DNA of 63,891 bases, filler included, from Octopus bimaculoides (lineage: Eukaryota), in the NCBI RefSeq assembly GCF_001194135.2. It is 9 parts of 8 records of this genome, joined end to end, with 100 filler letters (N's around TTAATTAATTAA, not from the genome) between each part and the next. Parts side by side here need not be neighbours in the genome. Positions count along the whole stretch, not along the records: positions 11,577 to 17,086 come from NC_069000.1; positions 17,187 to 21,963 come from NC_068990.1; positions 22,064 to 47,005 come from NC_068990.1; 6 more parts are not named here. One strand, given 5' to 3'. The notes beneath the pieces are model-generated. The model saw nothing but the letters and a program-made list of their open reading frames with translations. It had not been told where the DNA came from and did no database searches. Every line of letters begins with the position of its first letter. Position 1 is the first letter of the stretch. Positions 12,887-26,288 of this stretch are shown here, one piece after another. The position numbers and the translations under genes were made by a program.

Positions 12887-13519
12887 CATTGACCGTATTT
12901 TAATTTTCATAACTTTGGCAGTATGAAGCCATTATGTAAGAAAAGCAATAAACCGATATTAAATCATATTTTAGAGAATAACCTCACTACAGAGGGTAAG
13001 ATGATAGTGTTTCGACCGAAGATTCCTGTTATGGCCATTTTTGAATAATTAGTGTTCCTTCATCGATATGTTCGTTCCAACAGACGGGCAACTATATCTA
13101 AGTTTTACATGGAAAATATATGAATAGAAGAGTTATGGAGATATATAGCTAGGCTACGTTGACTGAATTCAAAGTACTTATAGTCTGTAACGTGAGGTGT
13201 TATTATTCAGCATAGACAGCATTAAACTTTACGATATATATCTTGGAGGTAATAGCAGAACAACTGTGGTCTCGTAGACCATTTCAGAACGGAATATAAT
13301 TACTTACTTAGAATAAATAATATAAAATACAATGAGGAAATTGCGTTTTCGATATCGAAACAAATTTGTAAGAGAGAATTATATACATCAGACAGGGACA
13401 CAATAATTAGGAACAGACTCAAATGAATTATTAAAATTACACATAATTATGATACCGGAAGAGGAAGAAGAAGAAGAAGAAGAAGAGCAACAGCTACGAC
13501 AACAGCATCAACAATATTA

Positions 13520-13925
13520 TTAGTTTCAAGTTTTGGCACAAGGACAGGAATTTCTCTGGAGTGGTTAAGTCAATTACATTGAATCTAAATTTCAACGGGT
13601 ATTTATTCTTGATCGACCTCCAATGGATGATTGGTGCAGTCGAACTCGACGCAATTTAAACTGAGAAAATAAAATGCAGACAAAATGGCGCTAGTCATTT
13701 TCCCCTGTGTGCTCACAGCTCTTCCATCTCACCGCCTTAGCAATAGTAACAATCCTGTCTATTACTGGCACAGATCTTAAAGTTTTGGATAAGGGGCTCT
13801 CGATTACATCGACCCCATGCCCATCTAATTCTTGCTTTATCGACCCTGTGATGATAAACCGGAAAGTCGACCTCGGCAGAATGTGAACTCATGTTAAACG
13901 CGCTAACAATTCTGCTAATACTTAA
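13520..13925 (-). mobile_element. Two degenerate SINE family B copies
   Basis: Reverse complement of ttctgagttcaaattccgccgaggtcgactttgcctttcatcc...gataaaataagtaccag. Confidence 0.75.
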
Positions 13926-16424
13926 AAATCATCCATTAGCAATATTGCCGCAATTGTTTTTATTTTCTGTCTTCAGTCAAGTGGAAAATATCAATTAAAT
14001 GCGAATCATTCGACTTTTAACTTTTTTAGTCCTTCAACATTTTTTTGCCAGTGTACCACTTGAGTTATTTCCGTTAGCCTATTTTGTTCTCCATTTGTAA
14101 ATACTAACAAGGCAATTTAACAATATATCGCCAACAATCCGATTTTTAAGCTATCACCGAATAATCACATTATAAATAATAATAAACAAGGAAGAAAAAG
14201 AATTTGTACAATTACTCTTATGTTATGCCGTATGAGGAGAAGCATACAATTTGTTTATTGTAAAATAAAGTTATGATAAAATCCCCAGGAGAAGTGGAAT
14301 GAAAGACGTATGAAAGACTAAATTATTGTAAATCTAAACTAATTGCTTCTCATTCTATTTCACTAGAGTAAAGTATATGTTTTCTCACTTGATTTGTATA
14401 CAATTTGTATAAAATTTACATAAGGATATTTATGGTTTAGTCAGAATTTATTAACTCGTATGCTTTTCTCTCCACAAAATTAATGCATCCATTAGGTATA
14501 TAGTATATAAAGTTAATGGTGTAGTGCAATTATTATACAAAATGAGAAAAGCAAGTAAATATGACTTCGGGTAATGTTCACGTTTATTATTTATCGAAGA
14601 TAAAACCAAATTAGATTGAAATACGAATAATCTACTTATATAAACAATCACTTGAGGGACTTAATCTAAAGTAGCGATCATAAACCAGAAACGTTCGCAC
14701 ACGACTACATGTGCGCATACATATACATGCATTTATGTGTTTATATACGTATATATATCTATCAAATTCTCTCTGTANNNNNNNNNNNNNNNNNNNNNNN
14801 NNNNNNNNNNNNNNNNNNNNNNNNNNNNNNNNNNNNNNNNNNNNNNNNNNNNNNNNNNNNNNNNNNNNNNNNNNNNNNNNNNNNNNNNNNNNNNNNNNNN
14901 NNNNNNNNNNNNNNNNNNNNNNNNNNNNNNNNNNNNNNNNNNNNNNNNNNNNNNNNNNNNNNNNNNNNNNNNNNNNNNNNNNNNNNNNNNNNNNNNNNNN
15001 NNNNNNNNNNNNNNNNNNNNNNNNNNNNNNNNNNNNNNNNNNNNNNNNNNNNNNNNNNNNNNNNNNNNNNNNNNNNNNNNNNNNNNNNNNNNNNNNNNNN
15101 NNNNNNNNNNNNNNNNNNNNNNNNNNNNNNNNNNNNNNNNNNNNNNNNNNNNNNNNNNNNNNNNNNNNNNNNNNNNNNNNNNNNNNNNNNNNNNNNNNNN
15201 NNNNNNNNNNNNNNNNNNNNNNNNNNNNNNNNNNNNNNNNNNNNNNNNNNNNNNNNNNNNNNNNNNNNNNNNNNNNNNNNNNNNNNNNNNNNNNNNNNNN
15301 NNNNNNNNNNNNNNNNNNNNNNNNNNNNNNNNNNNNNNNNNNNNNNNNNNNNNNNNNNNNNNNNNNNNNNNNNNNNNNNNNNNNNNNNNNNNNNNNNNNN
15401 NNNNNNNNNNNNNNNNNNNNNNNNNNNNNNNNNNNNNNNNNNNNNNNNNNNNNNNNNNNNNNNNNNNNNNNNNNNNNNNNNNNNNNNNNNNNNNNNNNNN
15501 NNNNNNNNNNNNNNNNNNNTTATATGTAGTTATTGACAGTTATGTTTCTATATATAAAATTTGACTGAAATTCATGGATGAGTGTTCTGGCTCAATCGAA
15601 TTTGCAAGGAGCCTTGCAAGTGCTGATATGTGGGTTCGATTCTAGTTGGATTTAGCTCTTTTTCAGTCAATTGTTTAGATAAAAATGTTTTAAATCGGAG
15701 TACACACACACACATCACACGCGCACACACACACACACTAATATCTCTCTATATATATATGCTTAAAGGGATATATTATCTTGGCAGGTACCGTATTTTC
15801 TCTCGAAACAGTTTCAGATGCCGGCTCACCCCAATGGTCCGTATGTAGTACTCGATGTAATAATGAATTGTTAGGCCTTTGTACCTTCCCTTGTTGGGTA
15901 GTTTTGCGTCTTCCTCAGGACTGCATATGTTCCATACAGTAATTAATAATGATAAAGAGAATGGAGATTTTTCACATCCATAAATTTTATTTAATATATT
16001 CTCCGGACCTACACGTGTTCCAACTGCAGCGACTGCACACTTTTGGGTATGTAACCTTGCACTATGGTCGGTACAGTTTCCTGATGACCCTTTACTCTAT
16101 ACTGTTTCGAAGCAAAATGAATGAAACAATAAGCTGAATGAATAAAATGTCCTTGTTGAGAAGTGGCGGTAGGGGTATCACTATAAATAGTCGTAGGATT
16201 ATTGACCTAGGCTTTACCTCTACTATCGTTGTAGGTGAAGCGAAATATAGTTCTAAAACTAGGTGATGGTTAGATTAAATGCTTCTGTAGATTTATTGTT
16301 AATTTTCATAGTTTATTGTACCACCTGTTGCATAGAGTACATTATTAATGCACAGGTGTTTTATTGCGTTTGATTGATTGATCTTTAGAGTCTTGGTTTC
16401 TCAATTATTATCATAATTATTAAT

Positions 16425-16640
16425 AAGGCGGTGAGCTGGCAGAATCGTGAGCATGCTGAGGAAAATATTTAGCGGTATTTCGTCCGTATTTACGTTCTGA
16501 GTTCAAATTCCCTCGTGGTCGACTTTGCGTTTCATCCTTTTGTGATCGATGAAATAAGTACCAGTTAAGCACTGGGTCGATGAAATCGATTATCTCCCCT
16601 AGAATTGCAGGCGCTGTGCCTAGAGTAGAAATGTTTATTA
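16425..16640 (+). mobile_element. SINE family B
   Basis: ggcggtgagctggcagaatcg head, gagttcaaattcc B-box-like motif, gtcgactttgcgtttcatcc body; CpGs retained. Confidence 0.88.
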
Positions 16641-17186
16641 TAATTATTAATATTATAGTTAGCGTTATGTGTTAATTTAAATTCTTTAAATATGAAGCCA
16701 TTTCGGTCGTCATTCCTGCCTTGTGTTTATTCGTGTGAGATATCTTTACACAAGAAGACACACACATATAGTCGCACACAAACACACGTGCGGAGACACA
16801 TATGTATCTTATCGCTATTACGTGAAGGCAGGGAACTAGTAAGACTGTTAACAGGTCGGACAATATGTATGGCGGCATTCTTCCCAATTCTACGATCTGA
16901 GTTTTAAGTTTTGCCGTTAATCATTTTGGGGTCGATCAAGTAAGTAACAGTTTTACAATGTGGTTGATCTAACTGACTTAAGACCTCCACTAAAACTTAC
17001 TGGCCTTGTGCCACATTTCGAAACAACTTTTACTACATATAAGATATATCTTTACCGGAGAAGTGATAAGAACGCACATTTAAAAANNNNNNNNNNNNNN
17101 NNNNNNNNNNNNNNNNNNNNNNNNNNNNNNTTAATTAATTAANNNNNNNNNNNNNNNNNNNNNNNNNNNNNNNNNNNNNNNNNNNN

Positions 17187-17633
17187 AAATCTCTCAGACT
17201 TAAGCAGTAGTGATACGATAAAGTAGTTGTATGCTGTCAGCTTAACGTGACAGTCCCATGAAGGGAATCATACTACTGCTATTTAGCCCTAGGAAGCTGC
17301 ACCGCTTCCTCTCGGCCTTGACACATTTCCTGTGTCTTTATGTTTACGAGGGGGAGACAAGCACCTCCACCCAGAGAAGCCTGCATTCAGGGACATGTTT
17401 CTGAGTTTTTGCTCGTCATCAGCCTGGAGTAGCTTGACTTGCTGGCTGAAGATGCCTGTCAAGCTCTCGTAAACATATAATAATTCTAGTGAAACACATT
17501 CACTGATTTCAAAATTAGAAATGATACATTTTTAAATCTCTCAGACTTAAGCAGTAGTGATACGATAAAGTAGTTGTATGCTGTCAGCTTAACGTGACAG
17601 TCCCATGAAGGGAATCATACTACTGCTATTTAG

Positions 17634-17638
<5 letters not shown>
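17187..17638 (-). mobile_element. Hairpin-rich, hammerhead-bearing element with 105-bp direct repeats (347-nt period); retrozyme- or Penelope-like
   Basis: 17187-17291 is identical to 17534-17638. At least six stems of 6-12 bp lie in the unit, plus a hammerhead at 17388-17426. Confidence 0.65.
17388..17426 (-). ncRNA. Minimal type I hammerhead ribozyme with canonical core
   Basis: Minus strand reads CAGG-CUGAUGA-C-GAG(CAAAAA)CUC-A-GAAA-C-AU-GUC^CCUG: helix I CAGG/CCUG, helix II GAG/CUC, palindromic helix III ACAUGU. Confidence 0.8.
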
Positions 17639-17684
<46 letters not shown>

Positions 17685-18590
17685 TTTATATTAAGATTTT
17701 TATTAAGCTATGCATTATTAATAATATAAAAAAATCTTTAAAATTCCACACTGACAGCATCTTTTAGGAAAAGTTTAACGTTAAGCGCTTTTCAATTTTT
17801 TCAGGTTTTTTTAAACACATGTATTGGGTGTATGGTTGGAGATGGATTTTTGATCGTGCTTTTAATATATATTTATAACCTATGAGATAGCTATCAAAAT
17901 GATATTAAAAAACAAAACACATTTCAATTGTTAGCCCTAAATAACAGTATAAAGTATTTTGATACACTTCCAAGAATAGTTGTATGGGAAAACTGTGTGT
18001 GTTATTTAATTACATCAACAGGAAAACTTAATTTACATTTTCACACCGGATGGGTTATACTTATTTAAGATAAGTATGCTAATTTAGGATAAGTACATCG
18101 CTAATTTAATTTCGTGGACTGGCATGACCCTATAGACGTTCGTTTCACAACTAAGTAGTTTCTGGTTCAATCTCACTGAACGACAGCTTGGAAAATTTGA
18201 TGTACCTCAGCGTTGGGTTAAACATTGTGGGGGAAATTTGTTAGCGGAACTGTGGAAATTAGTCGAAGGGTTGGTTATATGTTTAGGGAGTAGATTTAAG
18301 AAGTCATCTGGCCATAGAGGGTTGTAGCAGCGTTCACTTTGTTGCAAACATTTGGATCAAGTCTTTGATCCGTGAATAACTACAATCTTTCCTCCTGCTA
18401 GACATGGAGGCCCTAAAAAGTTCATAGATGCCACCCTCCGTCTCCTATCAAACCATAAAAACTCCGTAAAATATTTAGATATTGGAGTTAGATAGCTTAA
18501 GATGGATATGTTGTCAGTTAATCGAAGCTCAGCAACAATAACAACGACGACTGCAATTAATTTCGGCACAAGTCCAATCGTGACACTCGG

Positions 18591-18960
18591 TTGTTTACGA
18601 CGACGAGGGTTCCAGTTGATCCGATCAATGGAACAGCCTGCTCGTGAAATTAACGTGAAAGTGGCTGAGCACTCCACAGACACGTGTACCTTTAACGTAG
18701 TTCTCGGGGATATTCAGCGTGACACAGAGCATGACAAGGCTGGCCCTTTGAAATACAGGCACAACAGAAACAGGAAGTAAGAATGAGAGAAAGTTGTGGT
18801 GAAAGAGTACACCGGGGTTCGCCACCACCCCTGCCGGAGCCTCGTGGAGCATTAAGTGTTTTCGCTCAATAAACACTCACAACGCCCGGTCTGGGAATCG
18901 AAACCGCGATCCTACGACCGCGAGCCCGCTGCCTTAACCACTGGGCCATTGCGCCTTCAC
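18591..18960 (-). mobile_element. tRNA-derived SINE, family A (full length)
   Basis: Minus-strand head ggcgcaatggcccagtggttaagg (A box) ...ggtttcgattccc (B box); body matches 3548-3837. Confidence 0.9.
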
Positions 18961-20609
18961 AAGTCCAATATTTTGGAAGTGAAGGGGATAAGTCAATATC
19001 ATCGATCCACGATTTTGACTAGTAATTTATTTTATTAATCCCAAAAGAACGAAAGCCAAAGCTGACTTCGACGGGATTTGAACTCAAATAATAAATCTTA
19101 AAATATTGCAAATAATTATTTCTGATACATTAACGATTCTGCTCACCCACCGCTCATCGTCTCGCTAATTAATAGCGAGTATTTGACTTTTATGTCGTTG
19201 GCTCACCAAAGCCTGAACAATGACGTCTAATGCATTTTGTTCGATGTAGCCTAACTTTCTCTAGGACGGACATTGTCTTTATTGTAATTTACTATTAAAT
19301 AAGTTTGACGATCAATCAATCGAACACTACAGTGACCATGTTACTGCAGTATGTTTAGTTTCAAAGTTTTTCAATTCTGTATTTTAAGCACATTTACGAA
19401 AGCTTAAATGTGCTTAAAATTAGATTTGAGTTCGCTGCACAACTATTAGCATTCTGTCTATGCTTTATAAAATTTTCGTAAGTTAAAACTGATTTGCACA
19501 TTTACCATCAGAGTTTATTTGTTAGAGTGGACTCATGCACCTTCAACTCTTGCATATTGTATTATTATTATTATCATTATTCAACACAGGCCAATGGAAC
19601 TGACTTTTCCACTCTTTGTTATCCTGTCCACTATTAGTATTCTATGTTCCCCCGACCCATTATGTTAATATAATTAGGTAAAAGTTTAGGTAAAACTTTA
19701 GTGTGATGTCATTGCTTGAGAATAAGTTTTTACTTAACGAAAGTCAGAATACTCCGAAAGCCAATCGCTTGTGGTTAAAAAGGGAACAAACAAAAAACAA
19801 AAAAATGAAATAAACTCCACATAAATCTTTCATCCTATTTACACAGCAAATTAAAATTGACAACATCGATTCCATGTCAAAATAAGAATAAAAACTAAGA
19901 AAATGTATATTTGAAACATAAATCTTCATATTCATGTGGAACACATATTTCTGTCAGTAAAATATTAATTTCTTTATGATAATAATGAAAAGTCAAAAGG
20001 AAAACTTCTTTTACATAATAAAATGCCTTCCCATAAAGGATCTGTCAAGATGTATTATCAAGAACGCATATATTTTCTCGAATGAACTAATCTAATATTG
20101 CACTATCTAATTTAAACTTTCATTGTAATAGGTTAGGTTAAGTTAAATAAGTCACTTAGTGGAAAATATAAGATATTTACACTGAAAATACGCTTCTGTG
20201 TATTTACTGTGTTAGTAATAAACCTTAATTGTGCAATATCTAAAAATATAGAAAAACTATTAATTCACATGAATGTGTAGCTAAGAAGTTCGCATTGCAA
20301 TCACATGATTTCAGGTTCACTCCCACTGGTCAGTAAGTATTTTCTACTGTAGCACTGGGCTGACAAAGCGAATTTGTGGAAGCTTGTCGTATAATATGTT
20401 ACCATGCCTATCTCTTTTGGTGGCGTTCTTCAGTCGTATGGGTTCCACACCAACATTATGCAGGAAACAGCGCACTTATCTTATAATTTAAATATATCAC
20501 TCTTTCTATCTTTCAAAAATGAAATGAAACGGAAATTGACAATGAAATACAACTGATGACACATATCCTGAAGTATGGCTTTTATGCAGAACATTTGATT
20601 CCGGAAATC

Positions 20610-20616
20610 ATCACCG

Positions 20617-20663
<47 letters not shown>

Positions 20664-20781
20664 GTCATCGTCATCATCATCGTCGTCATCATCATCATCA
20701 TCATCGTCATCATCATCGTCATCATCATCAGAATCGTCGTCATCATCGTCATCATCATCAGAATCGTCGTCATCATCATCG

Positions 20782-20823
<42 letters not shown>

Positions 20824-20842
20824 GAATCGTCGTCGTCGTCGT
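20610..20842. repeat. (CAT/CGT)n microsatellite
   Basis: Source of the poly-Asp, poly-Met and poly-Ile ORFs; followed by a family E tail. Confidence 0.96.
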
Positions 20843-20899
20843 TTAACGTTCGTCTTCCATGCATGTGTGAACTGGATTCTTTTTACGTGGCACCAGCAC

Positions 20900-20998
20900 T
20901 GGCAGGGTCACCAAGTAACTTGCAAGACAAAAGAATTTTGAGAGGAGCATTTGAGGTGGGGGTGACTTGTGTCAGAGGATGAAAGGTTAGAGAGTGAC

Positions 20999-21042
<44 letters not shown>

Positions 21043-21052
21043 NNNNNNNNNN

Positions 21053-21108
<56 letters not shown>

Positions 21109-21464
21109 AGCAGAAACAGGTGTCTTGCTATAACGGAGAGGGCATTGGAAGAGGTGATCCGGTGTCAGATGATGAAAGGCTAGAGCGCGACAGAGAAATA
21201 GAGAGGCAGAAACAGGTATCTTGCTATAGAGGAGGTACATTGTTACCCAGTGAGTGAGAAAGAGAGGGGAGAGAGAAGAGAAAGAGAGGGAGAGAAAGAG
21301 AGAGAGGAGGACAGAATGAGAGGAAGAGAGAGAGAGGGAGGGATAGGAAAGTACGAGAAAGAGGACAGAAACAGGTGTGCTGATGTAAAAGAGATAATTG
21401 GTTACCTAGTCAGAGGGAAAAGAAAGAGGAGAGAGAGAGAAAGAGAGAGTGGGAAATAGCAACA

Positions 21465-21510
<46 letters not shown>

Positions 21511-21720
21511 GAGAGAGATGGTGAAGTGCCAGGGTATACTCACAAGTAACAAGGATCAGAGCGTAGATATGATGGTTGAGTAAAGAAAAGAGAAGCACGA
21601 AGTCAGGTATACGCGGTCAGGTATTGCCAAGAAGGCGCAAGTAGGGAGTGGGGATGGCAGTGATTGTCGAAAACCTGGGTACAAAGATGGGGTAGGTCGT
21701 GGGTGGGAGAGTGGCGATAC
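20900..21720. repeat. GA-rich compound repeat with recurring gaaacaggt(g/a)tcttgctata subunits
   Basis: Subunits recur near 21110, 21205 and 21365 amid (GA)n runs. Confidence 0.7.
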
Positions 21721-22063
21721 TGTGAGCAGGGCAGTGAAAGCAGAGAAAAGGATTAGAAGACAATCATGAATTATGAAGGCGAAATAAGAAATGTAAATAA
21801 ATGCAGGGCTTTAAATAATATTTGGTTGAAACGATTTTGGATCTTCAAGTAATGTAAATTTTCATCAAATGTTTAAATCTGAAACCGAAATCAGATACGA
21901 GTATTATGACTCATCTCTTCAACAGAAAAAAAAATTATTTGTAGGCTACAAATATATATATATNNNNNNNNNNNNNNNNNNNNNNNNNNNNNNNNNNNNN
22001 NNNNNNNTTAATTAATTAANNNNNNNNNNNNNNNNNNNNNNNNNNNNNNNNNNNNNNNNNNNN

Positions 22064-22099
<36 letters not shown>

Positions 22100-23384
22100 C
22101 TGCTCTCTCAGTAAATACCTGTGGATGTTACTGTTACTTTTCTATAAAAATAAAAGGTGTTAAGCAGTGAAGGTATACTTGAAATGAGCAGTAAAGTGAG
22201 AGAGAGGAGGGACAGAGAGTGAGTGAGACAGAGTGTAAGTGGTGACTGAAAGGAAGGTGGCGTTTGTTTTGTGTTTTTAAATGTTTATCAATATTTTCAG
22301 AGTAGACAGATACATAACCACAGCAAATACTGGAAGTTACTATTACTTTCCTACAATATAATTAATTACCATATTCTATATACTGGGTCCTCAGCCAATA
22401 TTGGATATTATTGTAAGTGTCACAATACAGAAACATTTCTCATGGCACTAGCACACAATTTACAGATGCTTACAATTTTTATGTTTTCTATGAAGTTTTC
22501 ATGGGTCCAGCTAATTAAATATTATTAGGAATTGTATTAAAAAAATGGCTATAATATTTTGTGTATTGTAGAAGTATAAGCAATTTATAGCACATAAATT
22601 GTAACAAGAAAATCTTATATGGACCCTTAAAGGTCATATGGACTCCAGTTGAAAACCACTGAACTAAATGCTTAATTTATGTCTACCACCTAAATAGGCC
22701 ATGGAGGGATTTGAATTCTGAGTAAAAGAGAGAGAACAAATACTGCAAACTCTTAGAGTTCTGCTAATGCACTGCCCTTGGCTGTTTTTTTTTTTTATTG
22801 ACCTTGAAAAGAAGAAAGGCAAAGTTGCCATTGACAGCATTTGAATTCAGAGTACAGAGAATCAGAACAAATACAACCAGGCATTCATTGACCTTCTTTT
22901 TGATGCTCTTCAATGACTGTCAGTTTACCATTTTAATTATGCTGAATTAAATGGTATAATACAGAATCTATTAAAACAGTTTGGAAAAGTAATGCATAAA
23001 TTAAGAAGGACCAATTATATAAAATTCCAAGTACTTGTACTTCCTATTGAAATCTACTTGCATTATTGATAATTTATTGCTGATTGCATCATACAATAGC
23101 TTCTATAACATTATCAATTATATGTTCTGAACAAATTGTTCACACATTCATAACAGGTGCACATAATTTTAAGATATTTTCTTCATAAATGCAATGTAAA
23201 ATTTCAATAATGCTTAAAATTAATTTTAACTCTTATATTAAGCAAACAATATTAAAATGAATTCTAAGCATAATTCCTAATTTCAATTTCAAATTTCTAA
23301 TCCTGCTTCGTATTATGACAAAATTATTACCTTCCTTGTAATAGCTGTGAACATTAGAGGGACCATATGTAATAAATAACTATT

Positions 23385-23580
23385 TCTACTGTAGGCACAA
23401 GGCATGAACTTTTGTGGGAGGAGACTAGTTGATTACATTGACCCCTGTGCTTAACTGGTACTTATTTTATCAACCCTGGAAGGATGAAATACGAAGTCAA
23501 ACTCAGTGAAATTTGAACTCAGAATGCTGCCAAACATTTTGCTCAGAATGCTAACAATTCTGTCAGCTCACTGCTTTGCA
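23385..23580 (-). mobile_element. SINE family B, CpG-decayed
   Basis: gattacattgacccctgtgcttaactggtacttattttatcaaccc...gaatttgaactcagaatg. Confidence 0.8.
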
Positions 23581-25578
23581 TGTAATAATAATAACAAAAA
23601 ACATTCAGGCAAATACTTATCCAAACATCAGGGCTTACGAATGTATATAACATACAGAAAATAGCATTACTAGGTACTACACACATCCTCCGTAAAGCAC
23701 TTTCAATAGTGAAAATAAGAGCACCACAACAAACCACAGCACATACTCAAGGCACACAGAGTTGCACTAGGTAGTGCAGTGAAAGCATGTGATAAAAATA
23801 AGACTACTGAATAATAACAATGATAATATTTTAATGACATTATGATACAGAATAACTGAATCCATGATTGAAACACTGGAAGGTAGACACTATAGGTAGC
23901 ACTGTTTGGCAACAGATATCCTTTAAGTATAGACTTTGACAGTGGAGGTTGACAGAACTAAAAGATTATCTTAAAGGTAACAGAATGATCTAATTTTTTT
24001 TTTCAATGTATCTTTTTTATTTTAAGACAAAATATAAACTGAAGGAAAATCTGCTGCTATCTCTAGAGTGTTGACTAAACACATATAGGCTCCTTGGTAT
24101 GAGAACTGGAAGCTGTTGGCAGTAGTTAATCAGTTATGTGGCTAAAGTCTGAACAAACTAAATATTTATTTTAATCTCATTTCTTCCAAAACCATACGAT
24201 TTACACAATGAGCAAGTGGTCAAAGTGAAATAAAAGTTTCAAAAATACTAGCTCACTAATTTTCAATTTTCAATTTGAGTTAGAGAAATAAAACATGAAT
24301 AACTGTAAAACTTTATGTAAATATGTGCAATGTTGAAATATGAAGTTATACAACCAATTTGACAAAGCATGCTTCTTCAGCTAAACATCAAAAGAAAGTG
24401 CTGTAATAAACTCAAATTTGAATCAAACTATCAAAGCATTTTTTTCCCCAGAAGCAAGATAAAATTAGAACTATAGCTTGTAGTATTTGTAGCTTGCCAT
24501 ATAGATATACACAGTACCAGTCATTTATGAGAACTTATTGATGAAGGAATTCTTTCATCCATCAATTGCAGCTGATTTGAAACCGCAGAGAATAAAATGC
24601 ATGCCACTTATAAAAAAAATGTTACTTCACCTTCCTTACTGACAGAACCAAGGCAAGATATAGTTAATAAGTTCTTTTTGATTTTGGAGGTGTCAACTGA
24701 TATTGCTTGTGGAAAGCATCTATGTGCAGATGTGATAGATATTACAGTAAAGGACAAAATAAAACCACATCATAGTTTTTAAAGTTAAAAGCTATTACTG
24801 TAGTGTTGCATCAAGTCATGTTAAAGTTCTTGAATGATGTGGGAATAATTCTCTCTACACATTAATGAAATAAAAGATTCCAAACATGATTATCATAGAA
24901 TGCATCTGTCACCCTTTCCATTTAACATGTTGCCATGCTACTGAAGAATTACCTCCCAACATTGACTGTCTTTAGAGAAACTTACAACTGGTTCTACATA
25001 TCAGTGCTGTGAAGAGAATCTTACATGGAAATATATAAATTAATCACTGATAGAGAGGAACCTTTGAATGTATATCCCTTTCAGCCAAACAGTAGTTAGT
25101 GAGAAGTAACAATGAAAGAAAAAAAAAATTCTTGAAATGTATGATACATCAAAATTGCATTTTTGAATGGCACCTAGTTGTTAAAAGTATTACACAAAGG
25201 AATTACATACTCTATACACAGTTGCAACTAATGAACTTTATTTAACGTTTATCAGACCTGCATTGAGTGAAACTGAAAAAACCTGTTACAAACTGAAATA
25301 GTAGATCATTGTAGCATCTTATATGAACATTACAGTTTAGCACTGTCTATATGTGCAAAAATTTTGCATCTTAAAATGTGAACCATGAAACTAATTTTGA
25401 CATTAAGCCACAGTACATTATGTGAAAAAAAACTGACTTTGAATATATGTTCTCTAAACTTTTAACTGGTAAAATTTTATCAAAATAAATTTCACAAGAA
25501 TAAGGAAACACTATACAAAAATGAAATTTAAGCTTTCTAAAATAAGCATGCAAAGAGTTTTTGAAATCCTTGAACAAA

Positions 25579-25698
25579 TTAAAAGTTCTCCATGTGTATG
25601 TTTAAGTCATTGTTGCTCATCTTTTGCAGTGCTTCCTTTAGTTTTGGTTGCTCAATCCAAAATTCGAGAAGAAGGATATTTCTTCCTTTCTTTTTTGG
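25579..25698 (-). CDS. Candidate terminal coding exon PKKKGRNILLLEFWIEQPKLKEALQKMSNNDLNIHMENF*
   Basis: Weak AG acceptor (attatatag|cc), 39 open codons to TAA, protein-like composition; no family recognised. Confidence 0.3.
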   Translation of the reverse strand, partial: PKKKGRNILLLEFWIEQPKLKEALQKMSNNDLNIHMENF

Positions 25699-25924
25699 CT
25701 ATATAATAATTATCTATTAATTATGTTAGATCACAAAGATACAGACGCTCAAATCCATAAATACATACACACACACATTGTTGTTTATCATCATAGCTTT
25801 TACATTTACATCCCATGGATTGGATGAGGCATTTTTTGAGGCCTTTTTTAATGACAACCCTTTTGGCCATCTCTTTCGATATGTAAGGATATAGCACAAC
25901 TTTTCTATAAACTGGATACACATC

Positions 25925-26115
25925 ATCATTATTTAATGTCCATATTCCATGCTAACATGGGTTCGACAGTTTGACAGTTGAAAGGTCTCAGGACTACATT
26001 CTGCTCTAGTGTCTGCTTTGGCACAGTTTTTATGGCTGGATGTCTTTTCTAATGCCAACCACTTTACAGCATGTGGGTGCTTTTTTTTCATATCACCAGC
26101 ACTAGTGAGTTTGCT
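25925..26115 (-). mobile_element. Family E repeat (RTE-like 3' tail), decayed
   Basis: catcatcatt...ttccatgctaacatgggtt...gctggatgtcttttctaatgccaaccac; same family as 46781. Confidence 0.75.
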
Positions 26116-26204
26116 ACACAGCTTACAAGATTATGAAGTCTGAGGGCGGAAAAGCTTGGAGAATAAGATACTTCTTATCCTCCAAGCATAATGAGGTGGG
26201 TAAA

Positions 26205-26288
<84 letters not shown>

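Noticed and set aside
15575-15640. tRNA-like A/B boxes (tggctcaatcg...ggttcgattct)
   Set aside because: No convincing cloverleaf; most likely a decayed SINE head.
16070-16115. cctgatga...gtttcgaagc as another hammerhead
   Set aside because: Has CUGAUGA but no helix II pairing and GAAG instead of GAAA; too degenerate to call.
18870-18960. SINE family A head as a functional tRNA gene
   Set aside because: It continues directly into a repeated SINE body and lacks a paired acceptor stem.
22301-22412. Plus-strand exon with strong splice sites (VDRYITTANTGSYYYFPTI* or ORF 22271)
   Set aside because: A passing resemblance to the DyP peroxidase C-terminus rests on a few residues only; no other exons of such a gene were found, and such sites occur by chance.
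24630-25010. Minus-strand micro-exon candidates (CFPQAISVDTSKIKKNLLTISCLGSVSKE; LICRTS)
   Set aside because: They lie downstream of the candidate stop exon, cannot be chained consistently, and match no recognised family.
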